Assembly (NCBI GenBank): GCA_965113315.1
Contig: OZ220368.1
Source of the DNA: Podarcis vaucheri
Lineage: Eukaryota
DNA: 64,000 nt
Strand: one strand, 5' to 3'
Position 1 is the first letter of the stretch; the number at the start of each line of letters is the position of its first letter. Below are positions 1 through 13,364 of this stretch, in pieces. The notes under the pieces were generated by a model. That model saw only the letters and a program-made list of their open reading frames with translations, did not search any database and had not been told where the DNA came from. The position numbers and the translations under genes are program-made.

Positions 1-589
1 TTGGATTGTCACATGAGACTTTGGTGCACAGTAAGGCTGTGCTGTGTAAAAGAGTTTCAATTGTTAATTCGACAGGACTGTGCTATGAACTGCTGAGGAA
101 AACACTGGTAGAAACTGATTCCCCCCCCCCCTTTTTGTTATCTTTTTTGCAAGCTTAGTTGCCCTATTGTTTTGCTGCCTAAAATCACTTTGCTAAACCC
201 ACAAACACTTTATTTTAATATAAATGTACTTTTTATTGCATCCAGTACTGTAAGAGAGAGGGGGCACTAGGCCTTGCAGCCTTCAAAAGTTTTGTAGAGC
301 TGTTTATCCATCAGCTCCCACACTTTGTAAAGAGGTTCAAAATATTTCCTACCAAATTTTGAGAGCTACATAGAGCAGGTAAAATGTAGGCAAAATGTTT
401 TCATATATCGTCTCTTCTACCTGACTTACTATGGCTTCGAGCACCTGAATCACCCTTTTCAATTTTTGCAGGAATCTGAGCTGCCTTTCTCTCACACTTC
501 ATAAACAACCAAAATAGCAAACCCAAGGAAAGCCTTGAAATAAATATGTCAAGATTCCTGAAAGAAAAAGAGACTTTTCAATACCATTA

Positions 590-841
590 CAGTGGTACCT
601 TGGTTTAAGAACAGCTTAGTTTATGAACAACTTGGATTAAGAACACTGCAAACCGGGAAGTAGGTGTTTTGGTTTGTGAACTTTGCCTTGGAATAAGAAC
701 ATGTTCTGCTTCCTGTTGAGTGTGTTCCATTTGTAAATTGAGTCCCCTGCTGCTATGGGAAAGCACGCCTTGGTTTAAGAACACTTTGGTTTAAGAATGG
801 ACTTTTGGAACGGATTAAGTTTGTAAACCAAGATACCACTG
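590..841. mobile_element. Tc1/mariner (pogo/Tigger-like) non-autonomous MITE
   Basis: TA|CAGTGGTACCTTGGTTTA...TAAACCAAGATACCACTG|TA; terminal inverted repeats with TA duplication. Confidence 0.85.
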
Positions 842-849
842 TAGTCTGT

Positions 850-1067
850 TTTTCTACTACATTTTGTATATCACCTGTCCTCCAAAGAATTCATGGCATA
901 CAAATTCCCCCACTTTCTTCAGTATTTTCTCCTAACTACAGCCCTCTGAAATAGGTTGGGCTGAGGGATGGAGCCTGGCCCAAAATCACCCATTGAGCTT
1001 TGTGGATGAATGAGGATTTGAATCTTGGTCTTCCAGGTCTTAGTCTGACACTTGAACCACACTGGCT
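850..1067 (-). mobile_element. Old tRNA-derived squamate SINE (MIR/CORE-like, Squam3-like)
   Basis: Similar to copies at 42070..42610 and 43670..43821 (GGCCCAAAATCACCCA..GAGCTT..GGATTTGAA..ACCACACTGGCT). Confidence 0.6.
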
Positions 1068-1501
1068 GTCTAGTTGACATTATTAGACCTTCAAATGAGG
1101 GTTTCTGCACTAATGACCTTGGTGTACATTATAGTTGTAATAGTACATAATAATTTTAGCTTATGTTTAATGTAGTGGCAAACCTTGGTCTACCCAGGAT
1201 TTTTACAGTCAAGGCACCGTTGTTCCCAAGCTGTTTCTTTCAGTGGGACGTGCATATTTTAGGCCATTGGCTTACAGCCTGAGTACATGGAATGATGCTT
1301 ATGTGTAGCTCTTGGCCATGCCTTGTATACTTGGAATTTAATTCTATTTCAAAAATAGAAAACATACCAAAGAAGGATCCTTTTTAAGTACATTGATTTG
1401 TTGGATGTGGTGAGATAGTGTGTCTTATTGCTAAGTACCGATTCCCCTTTCTTCTGCGTACATAGTAGTCTCTGCACAAGAGTAACTTGGTTTCTGATGG
1501 T

Positions 1502-1504
<3 letters not shown>

Positions 1505-1536
<32 letters not shown>
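1505..1536. repeat. (GT)16 microsatellite
   Basis: Direct reading. Confidence 0.95.
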
Positions 1537-1539
<3 letters not shown>

Positions 1540-4500
1540 GGATGGACTCCCTTAGAGTCAAACAAGCTTGATGGAATTTGTTGCAAAATGCAATACAAAG
1601 CATAGCTGCTGCTGCTTCTTCCCCCTTCCCCAAAGAAGCTCTTCTAGACTGTATCCTTAGGTAACCAAGGAGCCCATTGGCACTGTGAAATGCAATTATT
1701 CTGTGCCTTACATTTTTGCTAGTGACAAACATTTGCTGCTTATCTGAGCAGAATGAATGGCACCAGGCTGACCTGCACACTGGAATTGCTAGCAAGGTGA
1801 AGTCAGCAAATTTTGAGGCAAGGCTGTTATGCTTTACCAAAGGTGACAAAGCCCTTCCTTCTTCTCACAAGTAATAGCAGAGAGGGAGACATGGAAAACA
1901 AGACAGGGAGTGATAATCAAACCTGCCCCCATGCTTACTGTAATACTCCATATGACTGATTATCCAAACACCGTCTGTTTCATCTCTTGTCACCTTCTCT
2001 TGTTCTGTGGCCATGCCATATTTGTATGGCACCCCACACACTGTTAAGTGTTTCACAGCTAACACTGAGCAGATCCCTATAGAACAGGGACATGGTCTTT
2101 GTGCTTATATATTCAGGTAACCTTTAGGGCCTGGCCTGCTTTTGGAAGTGCCACATTCAACTCCAGAAATTGCCCAGAGAATGAATTGTTGTATTTTCAA
2201 TAGAACACGTTCTGGTGAGTGGTCTGTAGTCCTTCCTGTTTTGCCCAAGACAAAGCCAGCTGGCCTGTGGCTGCCTGAGACAAAAGCCCACTTGGGATGA
2301 TCTCTCTCTTCCCAACCTTGTCCCTGAAAGACTCCCTTGGGCCTGAAGCCAGGCCCTTCACTGTTCCTCTAATGGGCTGTCATCTCTCAATGGAGACATT
2401 CTGTGCTGGCTTTCAGGCTGTGTGTAAAACCTACTAATTTTAGCTCATAAGCGCTTCAGTGATCTCGTGGACTAAGAAAGAATGCTAAAACACTAGTTAC
2501 CTCTTTGTCTCTGCGCAGGAGAATACGATCCGTTGCTTTTAAAATGGGAGATAGTTTTAGAAGCAAGCAAATAATTAGCCAATTGTCTGGAGAGAAATCT
2601 TTCTCGCAAGACTTCACTTATCATCAACAGGCTACAATAAAGATATATTTTGCAACTGAGATAACTGTAGAAGAAAGATGGAAGCAAAGGCTAGGCCAAG
2701 AAAAAAGAACGTGGCAATAAATGACACAGCTGTGTCCTCTTTTACTCCAAAAAGACTTTTAAACATTAGTGAAGCTATTTAAGTATTAGTGAAACTGTGG
2801 GACGGTACTGCATGAACCACACTGCTGTAATTCCAAGCATCACAAGGGAATTTGTATAAAAGGTACTGCTTGGTACCTTATGTCCCCTCAACAGAAATAA
2901 CTACGTAGTATATCCTTTGTGTAAGCAGGGTATTCCATGTAAAGGCATGTGACTGCAAGCTTGTACTGTAGCTTTGCTTTAATGAGAAGTTGCATTGAGC
3001 TGTTGTAGAGCCTCAGGAAGTTTTGCTTTTTTATGAGTCCTCTATTTGTTTTTTCTTTAGGTTGTATGTGTTAATAGCTAGTTTTTCTAGGGGAGGGGGG
3101 AGCAAACTAGTGATTGAGTGTCATAATATTTTCTATAGCCCTTGTGGGTCCCCACAAAGCAATAGTAGATAAAGTAAAAGTACAAATGCTTCAAAAATGT
3201 TTAGGGAATTCATAGAAAATTCATCAAACTGCTCATGCAAAAGTTCTCTCTTCTAGTACTAGCCATTCAGTTTAGCACGGCAGTTTTTAGACAATGCTGG
3301 GTTGTTCAGCAGTTAGCATAATATAATGTAAGAATGTACAGTGGGAGGCTCCTATGGTTAGCATTAAATTGTTTAAGCTAACTATGCCATTATTTTGCTT
3401 CATGAACTTAGGAAGTGTGGTGTGTTTGTGAGGAGAAAACTAGACTTGGGCTTTGGGTACCACAATTTTATAGGCTGGAGAATGTTGAGCCTGCAAATAT
3501 TCAGATGATCGTAGTTCATGTTCAGGGCACACAGAGGCATTTTGTCACGAAATTATATAGTGGTATTGCCCTTTTGAATCTTGTCGATTCAGTTTGTATT
3601 ACTTCAGACTTTTGTAAACTTTTGTTTGCTGGGTTTTATAAGGTCACACAAATGCGAGATTCCAAAATTTACATTCACTTGAAATGTTCCAGATAGCCTG
3701 ACTTGTTAATAGATGAATTCATCTCTCTGAAATCATGTGCACTGGGAAGCATTACTTCATTGAATGGGGAGAAGAGAGAAGTGTCTTTAAAGTCTGTTGA
3801 GTAAGGCTTGGCAGACAAACCCTGTAAAATAAGAATTTGATCTTGCTTATTCTGTTTTTAAATTGGTTAAAAGTAATTAACTGCAGTGTTCTTTTCTTTT
3901 TTAGTCCCTTGGAGGGAGATTGGGAAGACCTCTAGCAGGTGCTGTCAATACTGATGAGAGATCTTATATGCCAAGGTATGGAGTGTTTTGTTTTGTTTTT
4001 AAATAATAATAATAATAATATCTACATCTGCTCTGACCGGAGGTGTCTTGAATTGAACCTGTGACTTCTGCATGCAGGGCATGGTCTCTGTCTTTGAACT
4101 ATGAAACCTCTTAAATGATGACATTGCATGCATTGAGGAAGCAAGAGAGAGCCCCATGCATTTCAAAATTTCTGTTCTCTCCACCCCCTGCAGTATGTTT
4201 TTAAACAATGTGCTTTCTGCCATTATCAAAAGTTAACACAAACTATCCTTCCACAAAAGCATTACTACATCCCGTTCTTTGCTTAGATTGTTGCTATGCC
4301 TCAATATTTTGACATCCTCCTGTTTAAATGTGGGTGGGCGGAATGGATATTTCCTGATGTTTTAGCACATCAGCTTGCATCCTCTGCATATTTGGGTGCA
4401 CTTTTGCATCTAACACAGCTTATTCCTAAATTAACAGTGAGTGAAAGGTCAAGAATATGGGCACAGGCAAATCAAATTGCCTTTACGCAGTTCATACTAC

Positions 4501-4775
4501 ATTATGCATGTACCCAAGTATGAGGATGACAGGGGAAAGAATTTCAGGGTGTCCCTTGGGGTGTCCAGTGGCACGGAGGTGGGATTTTCTTTTGACAGTC
4601 TGCCAGGCCACTCCACTGGGTCCAGACTGGCATTCCCCAACCCTCTGGGCCAATCCCACGGATTCCTCCAGTTCCCTGCCCTTGTCCCATTCCCCTCTGA
4701 CCAGTCCCACCAAGATGTATCCACAGGAGTCATGACACTTACAACAAGGGTGAGTAGTCTTCAGGCTTGTTGAAT

Positions 4776-4801
4776 TGTGTGTGTGTGTGTGTGTGTGTGT
4801 G
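4776..4801. repeat. (TG)13 microsatellite followed by a T run
   Basis: Direct reading. Confidence 0.93.
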
Positions 4802-6600
4802 TTTTTTTTTTATTAGAACCCCAAGATTTACTAGCCAGGTACAAAAGACACACGTTAAAAAAATAATGAGCAGGGAAATTCTGAGTGCTTTCTGAGCCTA
4901 GGAATTTCATTTTTTTGTACCAGAACTGAACTGAGTTCACTATCCTTTCAAAAAAATAGTCCACTTCTGGTTTGCTTCTAAAAATTAAATAAAATTAAAT
5001 TTCAACCTCCTAATTTAAGTGGAAAAAGTTTACTTTGTGATAGTTATTGTTAAGCAGCTGGAAGTTCAAAACCCTGGCAGGATCTACTGCGGACCACCTA
5101 AAGCTCTACCAGTGCATCCCTGTCTTACTCCTTTAGCCTTTCTTGGATGCACCATTTATTATATCACTTTAAAGACTTCTCTGCAAACACTGCAGAAAAT
5201 CACTGCCCCATTTTGTGCCTGTTGAACTGAGAGTTGAAAGTGGACTGTAGAAGGCACTTCTACATGGGTCAGGCAGAATTTGAACCCAGGTCTCCCTGAT
5301 CAGTTAAACAATATTTTTTCTGGACCATCGTGGCTCTTGCTAACTAGTCCATTACTGAAGTTTGAGTGCTAGCTCTTTCAGCACATCCACCCATCTTTTT
5401 CTGCATATATTTATTTAATATCAAAAAGTATCACTGACCTATATCCCAAGGCTGGCAATTGACTGAGTGCTCTGAGGATGTTTGGAGTTATTCAACTACT
5501 ACATAATTATAATGTACAGGGTCCATAATACAATGCATTTTGGTTTGGCCAGGTTTTTCCAGCTTAAATATTTGTGGCGGGTCTTTGTATTTACAGAAAG
5601 TGTGCAATCCATCTAAAATGAGGTTGTTTAAAACTGGCATAGAGTCTGGCCCAGGTATCTGCTGACTAACCAATAAGAGGCATGATGTAACCAGCAAGAG
5701 ATAAAAGTCTTATATCAAATGAGAGACCTAGCTCCTGTATTTTCTACAATATGAATGAGCAAATTTTACTGCCTGACCTGTGACTACTCCTAGGTTGATA
5801 TGTTTATCCCTGGCTCCTGGTTGAAATATAACATTTCAAATGATAGTCTGGGAAGAGCACCATGGCTAGGCGTGGATGAACATATATTGGCTTCTTAAGC
5901 TGGTGTCTGTGTGCATGCACCCTTCCCTTCCCATTGTGCTCCAGACATTTTCAGTTAACCATGGTTTCCCACCACAGTCACAAAACTAGGGTTACAAGGT
6001 TTGGAACAAGCTAGGATCTTAATCAACTTCAAACTGTTTAATGTCCTATCTATTTGTGAACCTGTTAACCATAGTTCCCTGGTGCAGACATAATGGGAAG
6101 CTGTGGTTAATTAATTGCTATGCTTAACTGAAGACTTCCCAGCTTATTGCAGCCCCCAAATAAGCGAAGGGGTGACATAGGTTGAGAGGCTTACACACAT
6201 CTTAGCTTATTAAGCTGAGACATGAGAATCTGGATACAGTCTGCAAGGATCCATTTAGATAACATACCAAGCCATGGTTTGTGCCAAGCATGGCTTGAGC
6301 TTCCAAAATATGCAAGTGCAAACAGTGCTTCTCTGCTTTCTTTTTCCATCAGCTCAGCACTTCAGTCTCTAGGTGCAGTAATTCATTAAGGAGGAGGAAC
6401 AATCATAACTGTAGTTTGTCAATTTAGATATCATGTTCTACCATGGTTAGCACAAAATATGGTTCCTAATTCTAGCTCGCTGGTTCATTTTATACTATAG
6501 TTTGTCGGTTTTAAGCATCACACCATCAAACTATGGCTAAGTATTCTTAACCATGAAGCCTCTGGCAGTAGTCTTGAGCCTATGGCAGTAGTCTTTAGGG

Positions 6601-7287
6601 CAGGGGGCGGCAAGCTATGGTCCATGGGCCAGATCCAGCCCTCAGGATCTGGTCCGTGGATGGTCCATGGATTGTGTGGATTCTGTTCGTTAATTTTTTT
6701 CCTGCACCATTTTTGGGGGATGCCATTTCCCCCCCTCCCTCTCACACACTGCAGTGCCTCCTCCCTCCCTCCTCCTGGCTTCTCCCTGCCCTTTGTAGAG
6801 GAGGAATGGGGCTGGGCTGAGCTGGCTGAGTACCACTTTGGGCAGCGCCTCTCCAGAGCCAGCCAGCCCTTTGGGGCAGCTCTTCTCACCATTGCTGCCG
6901 CCGCCAGCCTCTGCCACTCGCAAGAGCAGGCACAGGAGCCGCAGTTGGCAGAGTTCAGTGCAACGCCTTGCCAAAAGGGCTGGTTGGGTCTGGAAAGACG
7001 CTTCACTGTGCTCTGCCAACCACGGCTCCTGTGCCTGCCCTTGCAAGCGGCAGAGGGATGAGCAGCCTGAAAGCAAGGGCAGGCACAGGAGCCATGGTTG
7101 GCAGAGCACAGCGCCTCTCTGGAGCCAGCCCGCACTTGCGCGGGCAGCACCATAGATAGGCAGGGGGAAGGGAGAGAGGGGGAGAGAGAGAAGTCCCCTC
7201 CGCCACGTGCATGCATGCAGTCCGGCCCACCACAAGGTCTGTGGGACAGTGAACTGGCCCCCTCCCAAAAAAGTTTGCTGACTGCTG
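6601..7287. mobile_element. Non-autonomous hAT DNA transposon, 687 bp, GC-rich with internal inverted repeats
   Basis: Perfect 8-bp target duplication CTTTAGGG (6593..6600 and 7288..7295); degenerate ends CAGGGGGCGGCAAGCT / AAGTTTGCTGACTGCTG. Explains the cluster of spurious overlapping ORFs. Confidence 0.8.
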
Positions 7288-7929
7288 CTTTAGGGTGTGG
7301 GTGTCTGTCCACATCCTATATTTCAAAGTCCATATTCTGAATAAATGGGTACTTCTTTATGTACCTCATATACAGTTAATCCTAAATCAGAGTAATATAC
7401 TGTTCTGGGTGAAAGAAGGCCCCAGACGGATGTGCAAAAATTAAGGCAGCCATGTGCATATATCTATGTCTCTAAGATAAGGGTTAGGGTCCCAGCTTAA
7501 TATAGATTTCATTATTTGATTGCATTGTTTTTTTAAAAAAGTTGCCTGTAGAAAAGTGTATGAATAAATTGAACCTTATTTTCTATTTTTCTTTAAATTT
7601 TTAGCTTCTCTTAAAGCTTGAACATAAAGCTTCTTTTCTGGTGTTACCGATTTCGGTACTTTCCAAAATTACAACTTCCCCTCTTCTCAGTACAAAACAG
7701 CAGTCTTGTAAAATGAAGAAAGTGAAATTTGCTGCTTAGGGAAATTTTGAAGTAGAAGACAAGATGCAGATAATGATGACTGAAGTGCTTTGCCACCTTT
7801 AGTGTGCAAATACGGTTGCTTATTTGTGTACATCCAGGGCAGCTGTACAGGAAAAGGCACTGAATACTAACTGTGAGAGTTTTCATTGTTGTAAAGTTAT
7901 AGGCATCTCTTGCTTCTAAACTAATGGTC

Positions 7930-8242
7930 ACCAGGGATGTCGCAGCAAGAGACACCAGTGATTCTCCACTCTTCACCAGTCTGACTCATCTCTGCCTCTT
8001 GACTCCCTCCTTCCATGCTTCAGCTTTTGCCTCTGATTCTGGATTTCTGTCTGCCACAGACTCTCCCAGCTTACTAAGCCCTGTTACCCCTTCAGCTTCT
8101 CCTTCTCAGTCTTCTCCCTCTTTTCCCCTGTGACTACTGATTGTTGTTCCACCGCCGCACCCTGACCTCTGAGACTTCTTCCATTGGTGGTTCCCCAGCG
8201 GATTCCAGCCACCATTCCTCTGCATCCAACCAGTCTATGACA
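7930..8242 (-). mobile_element. Probable Gypsy-type LTR fragment
   Basis: Minus strand starts TGTCATAG and is strongly purine-rich, resembling lizard LTR termini by recall. No target duplication found. Confidence 0.4.
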
Positions 8243-11200
8243 ATAGGATGGCAGTCTCAGATTTACTGCCTGTCTCAGATTTACTGCCTGTCATGTGATA
8301 CCAGCATGAAACCTAGAAATTTTTACTATATAAAGTGGGAGGCATTTTTGAGAAGCTCAGCATGTTGCCTAGAATTGTATTCTGCCCCCGCCCCATAAGT
8401 GAGAGAGCCTAGTTGTTCTGCCTTAAGCTTTTATTGATCATTGCAGATTGGTCTACCATTTCCCATAACTTTTATCTTCTGCACTTAATGTGTTTACACT
8501 GGACTCTGGTGTGTGTAGCGAATTTTAACACACTTCCCGCAGCCACCCAATCAAATCCTGGCTTGAGAAACTAGATACGTACAAACTGTGTGCAGCTACA
8601 CACAACTCCTGTGCTACCACATCACACCTCCCTCTGTGGAAGTGGGTCAAGCAAACCAGAAAGTTGCAGTCAACCATAGCTTCCTGGAAACTTTGATTAG
8701 CAGCTTCCAAACTGGCCAGGGTTTGAAAGAAAGCTTTCAATCCTGGGTTAAATTTGGCTTGCCAAATGTTCCATGCCAATGCTTGGAAGCCATTAGCAAT
8801 AGTTTCCAGTTTGCACATGACAGGAAACTATGGCTAACTCTGGCTTTCTGGTTTGTTTCACTGCTTGTGCATGCGGAAGAATGCAAGCAGCAGCAGTGGG
8901 GCTGTATACAGGTGCATGCAGTCCTTGCATATCCAAGATTATTAAGTCAGGATCTGACTGTGCAAACATGGCCAGGGTATTGAATGCATTGTCATCCTAA
9001 AGTACAAATGATAAACCTGTGACCCTCTTGATATTGTTGGACTTCTACTCTTGCCAGCATGGACAATGATTAGTGATGATGGCGGCTAGAGTTCAACAAC
9101 AAATGTAGGGTTACAGGTTCCCCACCCTTGCTGTAGAGTCTTGGTTCATTTACAACGGAAGTGGAATCTCTTAACATGTTGCAAACAAATTGATCAGTAT
9201 TTTTGCTAGTCTTTAAGATACCACAAGACTTCTCCTACAAACTACCTTGACTAGCCCTCAGGACATTTTCGTGCCATGGTTTGCCATAGCTTTCTACTCT
9301 GAAAACACTTGTAACTTTCAAGTTCTTTAGGGCTTCGGAACTGAAAAAGCACTTTGCTGTTTTGGTGTCCTTCCTTAGCAATTTTTTCCCTCCCTTCAAA
9401 TTGCCAAGCCCTTTGACCCTTTGTCCACATAACTCTAATATTTCCTGTTTGGATAGTGTTATGTAGTTATACAGATTTATGGGAACTACTCTGAGCACTC
9501 TGAGATATAATGAGGTGCAGATCCTGTATTACAGCTTTTCCCAAAAGTGTACATTCAAGTATTCTGCTGCTATTGAGAAAGGAGGGACATTGGATAAAGA
9601 GAAAGCTATGCTTTGCTACCCTCCCTGAAAAGTCCCACATGCAAGGGCCTGAATGATGAGGCCTTAAATATTGAGCTTTGTCCCATATATAAACCCTATG
9701 CTAATGTGGTCCAGCTACACCTGGGAAACATTTGCAGTTGGGTGCCGGAGGCTCTCCTGAGAGTAAACAAGAGAAGGGGCAGCCGGCCTTGTGGGACTCA
9801 GAAAAACCTTCTAAAACCAGTGAGATGATGCTGTGCAGTGCCTAGGCCTGGCCTCTGGCAGTTCTGCCTGAATACTATGGATATGCTTGAGCATTCTGCA
9901 CCTGCTCTTGTAATGATGTTTGTCATTCCTGCCAAAAGCTTTATGGCAATTACCTAATTAAACTTCCCAACATCCCTATGAGGAAATGAGGCCAGGTGCT
10001 GGCATTTTACACATGGGGAGAATGAAGCTGAGAGCTGCGAGTGCGTAAGAAGTGCTCAACTCCCAAGTTGCTGGTTGGTTTAGTATGGTGTCCATGTCGT
10101 CTGCAGGAAGCTGTTTACATAATGCTGTGTGAAGGTCATATCTTCATAGCATGTTTCTTTCCTATTCCTCCGGAAATGAAAAGCTTGTACAACCAATAGT
10201 GCCTGTTCAATTTTTTTCAAAAAACTTTCCTTGAGCTCCTATGCTGCATCATAATTGGCTTTTGAAATGCTCCCTGCTTTCAAGATCAGTTTTTTTTGGG
10301 TGGTGCAACATGTTAGAGTGCTAGAGGCGGGGGACTTCTAACTGAGAAACACTCAAGGCAAAAACCTCTGGGTACACAGAACTAGTTTCAGACTTGTTTG
10401 GGCCCTGTCCTCCGCCTTGCCCTCTAGTCAGCCTTTGGCAATCTAATGTTTGGGAGCTCTTCTCATTCCTATTTAGTAAATTGCTGTTGGCTCCTCTGAT
10501 TTCTGCAGATGTGTTGTGTCACATAGATTTTTACAGCAAAGCTTGCATCAAAACTCTTTATTAGTGAGCAAATGTGGCAGTTTGCTGAAAAGGAAAGAAA
10601 AATGGCTAGGCTAGTATAGCAGTAAAAGTCACCCATAAATAGTAGCATAATTCTTTTCAATAAATATCTGCTTGGGTATTTGTCTCATTTAAAAAACAAA
10701 AAAGCCAAGGATCAGACTGAATTAATAGATGCGTGACACAATTTCACCTTAGTATATTGCTGGTCTGGAGTGGGCCCTCCCCAATTTCCCGTCCCCCAAT
10801 ACTATATCTTGTACACCAGAGTGTCAAACTAGACAGACAGCTATTCAGAAGATTCCTTTGCAACCCATTCTTTCAAGAAAAACCAATGTGGTCATTGTTC
10901 AGAACTTCAGCACTCTTTCCATAGCTGCCAGCCAGCAGAGTAATTGGCAGAACAGTTGACTCAAATGCCTGCACAAGAAGAGAATTGTTATCCTCCTCCT
11001 GACCTACTAACTAAATGACACACATACTAGAACACCAGTGAAACACTTGAGTGATTTCATTTGTGGCCATTATTAGTCTGCACACATCTATAGGAACAAC
11101 CACAGCGAACAGTTACCAGGAATAGATTGGATTTGACCTCCTAGAATTTGGTAGCTGGGTTGCCTAGCTCAGGCATCAAGCTTTTTCTTTGAAGAAACCC

Positions 11201-12299
11201 CACTATTGCAATAGCAGCACATGGGTGTAGATTAAGAAAACCAGGAGGAGAAAGCCACCCGTTGCCACAAATGTTTCTAGAGACCTTAGATCATCTGCTC
11301 TCACTTGAGGCCAGATTCACCTTCATCATACATGCTTATTATGGGCTGCTTTGAACACCACCTGGTGCATGCTAGATACTATGCCGCCATAATACTCAGT
11401 CCTATCTATACCTTTGCTGCTAGCTGGATTTTGGTTTTACATTCCTCTTAGATCTTATTAAAAATGGTTTGATTTGTTGCTTAATTGCAATGTATATTTA
11501 TTAATACAAGATGTTTTGATTGGCCTCATAATTGTATAACTATTTTGCTCAAAATTTGAAGATGTACCCTTTTGATTAGTGAATTACCTTAAAACATTGC
11601 TGTTTTTCTCATGTGAACTTTCCCAATTTTGTGAGCCGCTTTGGGCATGATTTTCCATGGAAAAACAGCGTTAAAAAAACCTAATGATTTGTCTTAACTT
11701 TCTCTGCAAGACTCATCTTCCTGCACCCAAGAAAGGCACTAATTGTAGTGGAGTGAAACATATATCTAACATAATAGTGAATGTTGTTTTGAAAGGTTGT
11801 GTGTTTTTGACAAAAGAATACCTGTCTATTCTACCACAATTAATGGTGCAGTCATAGAGGGTGAATTTGCACATTTGTGATAGCTAGAGCTGAGTGCCTC
11901 TGAGCAAGTGAGGAGCATATTCCCTTTGCAAAGCGGATGTGACTTGGTTTCTCTGGTGACTGGAAGTTGGTGTCCTCTGACTGCTCTTCATCCTGTTTCC
12001 TTGCCTATGGAGATCATGGTCCCACAAGATACCTTGGGGGAAAATGTAGGGTAAGATGGCAGGTAAATGGGTAGAGTGGCTGTGGAGCTGTAACTAAGGA
12101 ATTGCTGGTTTGTATATATGACACCTGGATTAGAGGGAGACTTGCCAGATTTACTTAGCAAAAATGGATTCTGACCCCTCCTGTTCTGAAATTCTTACCA
12201 GCCGAGCGCTTTGCGTTTCCCATTAGGTGTTGCTGGTGAGTCTCTGCTTCACATTGGGAGGCAGTAAGCAAAGTTAAGCCTGCTGCCCAAGGCTTGTGC

Positions 12300-12520
12300 T
12301 GAGAGTAGGATCACTGTCCAAAACTGGGCAAATGCATTGCAGGGCTTCGCTGCAGACAGTGGCAGGCTCCGGGTGGTAAGCTGGAAACATAAAAGTATGC
12401 TGTGCAATGCCCAGTGAAGCATCCCTCCCACCATTGTACCAACATATCCAGAAAGTGTACCTGTTGTATGGAGTATTCCAGACTTAGCTTAATGGTGGAA
12501 ATCACTAAGGATTAATGAAG
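12300..12520 (-). mobile_element. Degenerate Penelope-like reverse transcriptase fragment
   Basis: ORF 12311..12505 peptide ISTIKLSLEYSIQQVHFLDMLVQ resembles the PLE RT motif (F)HPTINLSL...IHFLD. Confidence 0.55.
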
Positions 12521-13124
12521 AGATACTCCTTTCCTTGAGTGCATAAAATTTCCAGACCTGGATCACTACTGGTGCAAATACACTAGTGGTATTTAGGCAT
12601 TCACTCATATGAGCAGGCAAAATGGTGTTGCACAAAATGGTGTCCAGCCCTAGTACCCTCTACTAATGGTGGTGGTGGTGGTGGTTTGGGAGCCCTGAAG
12701 CAGGTAGCATCTTCGAGGTGTGAGGATTTAGAACCCTGCATAGTCAGGGAGCCAACATATGTAGAACAGTCTCCCCACTTAAGACCTTCCTCATTGAAGA
12801 TAGGCATGTGACTGAGGGGCACTGAGTACATTCCAGCTCTTGCCTTCATTCAATTTCAACCAAATGCATCTTGGGATAATAGCTGGTTCAGATGTGCAGC
12901 CTTATATAGGGAAGCTGTAGTAGTGATTATTTTCTTGTTGGCTATAGAAACACACAGTGTCGTATTTGTCCCCTCCCCAAACAGAAATACCCATGCTTAG
13001 GTACCAGTGCTGGAAGGAAGGATGTCCCGTTACTCCTGCTAAAAGCCTAAACACCTTGGCTTTTTGCTGCCTGTGGTAATAACTGCTTGGTCTTCTACCA
13101 TTGCTATTGGCTACTATTTCACAT

Positions 13125-13364
13125 TCCTGCCAACCTAGCAGTTCGAAAGCACGTCAAAGTGCAAGTAGATAAATAGGAACTGCTCTGGTGGGAAGGTAAA
13201 CGGTGTTTCCGTGTGCTGCTCTGGTTCGCCAGAAGCAGCTTAGTCATGCTGGCCACATGACCCGGAAGCTGTACGCTGGCTCCCTCGGCCAATAAAGCGA
13301 GATGAGCGCCGCAACCCCAGAGTTGTCCACGACTGGACCTAATGGTCAGGGGTCCCTTTACCTT
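13125..13364 (+). mobile_element. Sauria SINE (Squam1-type), 5'-truncated
   Basis: CCTGCCAACCTAGCAGTTCGAAAGCACGTCAAAGTGCAAGTAGATAAATAGG...GGACCTAATGGTCAGGGGTCCCTTTACCTTTAC; ACCTTT tail; 13-bp target duplication TACT(A/G)TTTCACAT at 13112..13124 and 13365..13377. Confidence 0.92.

Noticed and set aside
3954-3970. ATGAGAGATCTTATATG resembling RAP1A coding exon 4 (ATGAGGGATCTCTATATG)
   Set aside because: Short gapped match with no flanking homology; consistent with chance.
6518-7340. Longest ORFs in the window (264, 192 and 159 aa, overlapping on both strands)
   Set aside because: They coincide with a GC-rich, internally repetitive hAT element bounded by an 8-bp duplication; stop-poor by composition, with no recognisable domain.
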